DNA from: Laetmonice hystrix | Taxonomy: Eukaryota | Assembly (NCBI GenBank): GCA_965235115.1 | Contig: OZ249438.1 | Coordinates: forward strand, 24,180,001-24,244,000 | Length of the DNA stretch: 64,000 bases | Direction: 5' to 3' | In this document: positions 62,136 to 64,000 of the stretch, piece by piece | Layout: each line of letters opens with the position of its first letter | Numbering within the stretch: position 1 is the stretch's first letter | The notes under the pieces: generated by a model | What the model was told of the DNA's origin: nothing | Databases searched by the model: none | Seen by the model: the letters and a program-made list of their open reading frames with translations, nothing else | Position numbers and translations under genes: made by a program

Positions 62136-64000
62136 GGTGATGAGTTGAGGTTTGGAAGGGCAGGCACTATGAGTTCAATCCCAGGTATACTGTAAATAGG
62201 TAAAGTGCCAGACTATAGTAACAATTTAAGATGCAGGCACAGAAGGGCCAGGATAAGCCATACCCCAGCCCTGTTAAAGTTACTGACTAGACTATTGACC
62301 TACGACTTATTGGTCACATTCATGAGAAGGGAACGTTTCTTACCTTCCTGAATGAAATGTTTACATGGATCATGTTGACAAAACTGGGTTATTCCCCCAT
62401 GGTAACTTTTAGACAAAATTTTGGGTAGGGGTTCGGGTTAAGGTCAGGGATAGGGATATGTTTTTGGGAGGTGTAGGGACTGGGGATAGGGATAAGGTCG
62501 TGGCTATGTATCTTTACTTTCGACCAAATGTCGGAAGATACTTTTTCCAGGGGGGGGGGGGGGCTGAAGTCGGCCTAGGCCGACTCTGGCCCTGGTCTGG
62601 CCCACTCATTGACAAAATAGGCTGATAGATATGGCTGAGTGAGGTACAGCAGAGGGGGGGGGGCGATCGCCCCCCCCCCCGCCCCCTGGTTCCGACGCCT
62701 ATGGAAGAACGCTGAATAAATTATGTCGGCTTTGTTCCTCGGATATATGCCTTACCATACATAGGCCTATAGAGGAGGTCTACATGTGCACCTGAACTTC
62801 CTTGGTACATGGCCAGACAACTGACATATATGGGTCCATTGTAAGCTGCATATACCAGAGAGATCACTCACGCGAGGGGACATATTAGTTGTCTATCCTT
62901 GAGAGCAAAACCTATGCATCGAATGACACAGATGAAAATGGACTTACCGTATAATTATGCCATATCTTCACGATATGTGGTGAAAGCAGGCGATGTCCGT
63001 CCTCAGTCCAGACCGAAGTTATAGCCACGGACTCCGAAAGTTGTACTGGGGCAGGCCGTTCCAGTTGGTGAGCAGGTGTGTATACATTGGCCTACAGCCC
63101 CACGTACACAATGTCAGGGTCTTAAAGTGGGACACGTCTAACCTTGTTCTGAACTCTGCTCTGCTTTCGTCTATAAATACGTCATCTTCTGAACACCCGA
63201 AGTAGCCTTATTGTGTGTTCTGGGAGGAAGAAATTACAAAAGGTTTAGGGGGTCGGTCACGCTCCTTTAGCCAGCCCTCTGTGAGCCGCCTACATCATCT
63301 GTCGGTCACCACCCGGCCTGCTGACAGTACAGTGCAAGGAGATAGGTTAATGTGGAAGATCGACAAGAAGGATCAAAGTACATGTATACGACAGGTTGAA
63401 ACGTCACATGACACCGATAACCCGTGACAACATCCTGGTCGCGATCAGGTGCGGCGATTTTAAAACAATATTATCTATTAAAACTTGAGTCATTCTTTTA
63501 GTAACCTGCTCCAAAACATTCTCCCCCATCAGGAGGCGTTCCAAACGTATGGGAAGGTCATGGAAATCTTTCAATAGTGACGCATTTCTTCTCGGAAAGT
63601 TCAGCCTTTTCGATTACTTTATAATTGTAACGAGAGAATGAATTCTGAGATCCACGGTCAAGGCTAGACAGGCGGCGTATACCCGCAGACCAACCGGTCC
63701 CTATAGTGCCTGATATAGCATCTCTCTCGATCTGTATATCTCTTTCCATTCCCAGAAGCAAACCCGGTATCACTTTAATCCTGGTGATATCAGTGGGCAA
63801 TCTTCCTGTAACTTCCTGCGCCTCAAGTTGTATCTGCATCATCGTTAACAGACTAAAAACATCCGGGATCGTGTCGTGTGCTTGACGGTCAAGATGAATC
63901 TTTGATTATCATTGGTCAAACTTCTGTCGATTTTGAAAACGTAATTTTCCCGGTTTTCGAGGTTGACACTCCCTGCATTAATGTCACCCCGATGTCTGAT

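Noticed and set aside
63558-63842. 94-aa minus-strand ORF at the right edge
   Set aside because: It has no recognisable domain, upstream frames are closed and no consistent splice model was found. It may be a decayed fragment but cannot be supported.

Overview
Eukaryotic, intron-rich genomic DNA, probably from a marine invertebrate bilaterian. This is judged from short GT-AG introns, many MITEs, minisatellites and poly-C/G runs, and the gene content; the taxon is an inference. No rRNA, tRNA or CRISPR array was found. The real genes are split into small exons, so the ORF track misses most of them; all gene models below were spliced and translated by hand. The minus strand (about 1-27.2 kb) carries a CFAP97/KIAA1430-domain gene, a chain of low-complexity exons, and a very large annexin of at least 1,729 aa that runs off the left edge. 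The annexin has 12 repeats in three tetrads joined by charged linkers, followed by an acidic tandem-repeat exon. About 27-35.6 kb is repeat-rich intergenic DNA. The plus strand (38-60.4 kb) carries two paralogous TTL-family (TTLL15-like) ATP-grasp ligase genes. Both start with a type II membrane anchor and have a Cys-rich C-terminus and N-glycosylation sequons, which points to a role in the secretory-pathway lumen rather than on tubulin. A small orphan gene lies on the minus strand at 61.3-62.1 kb. The best candidates for new biology are the membrane-anchored TTL-like ligase pair, the 12-repeat annexin, and the stop/start-overlap junction between the CFAP97-side exons and the annexin.
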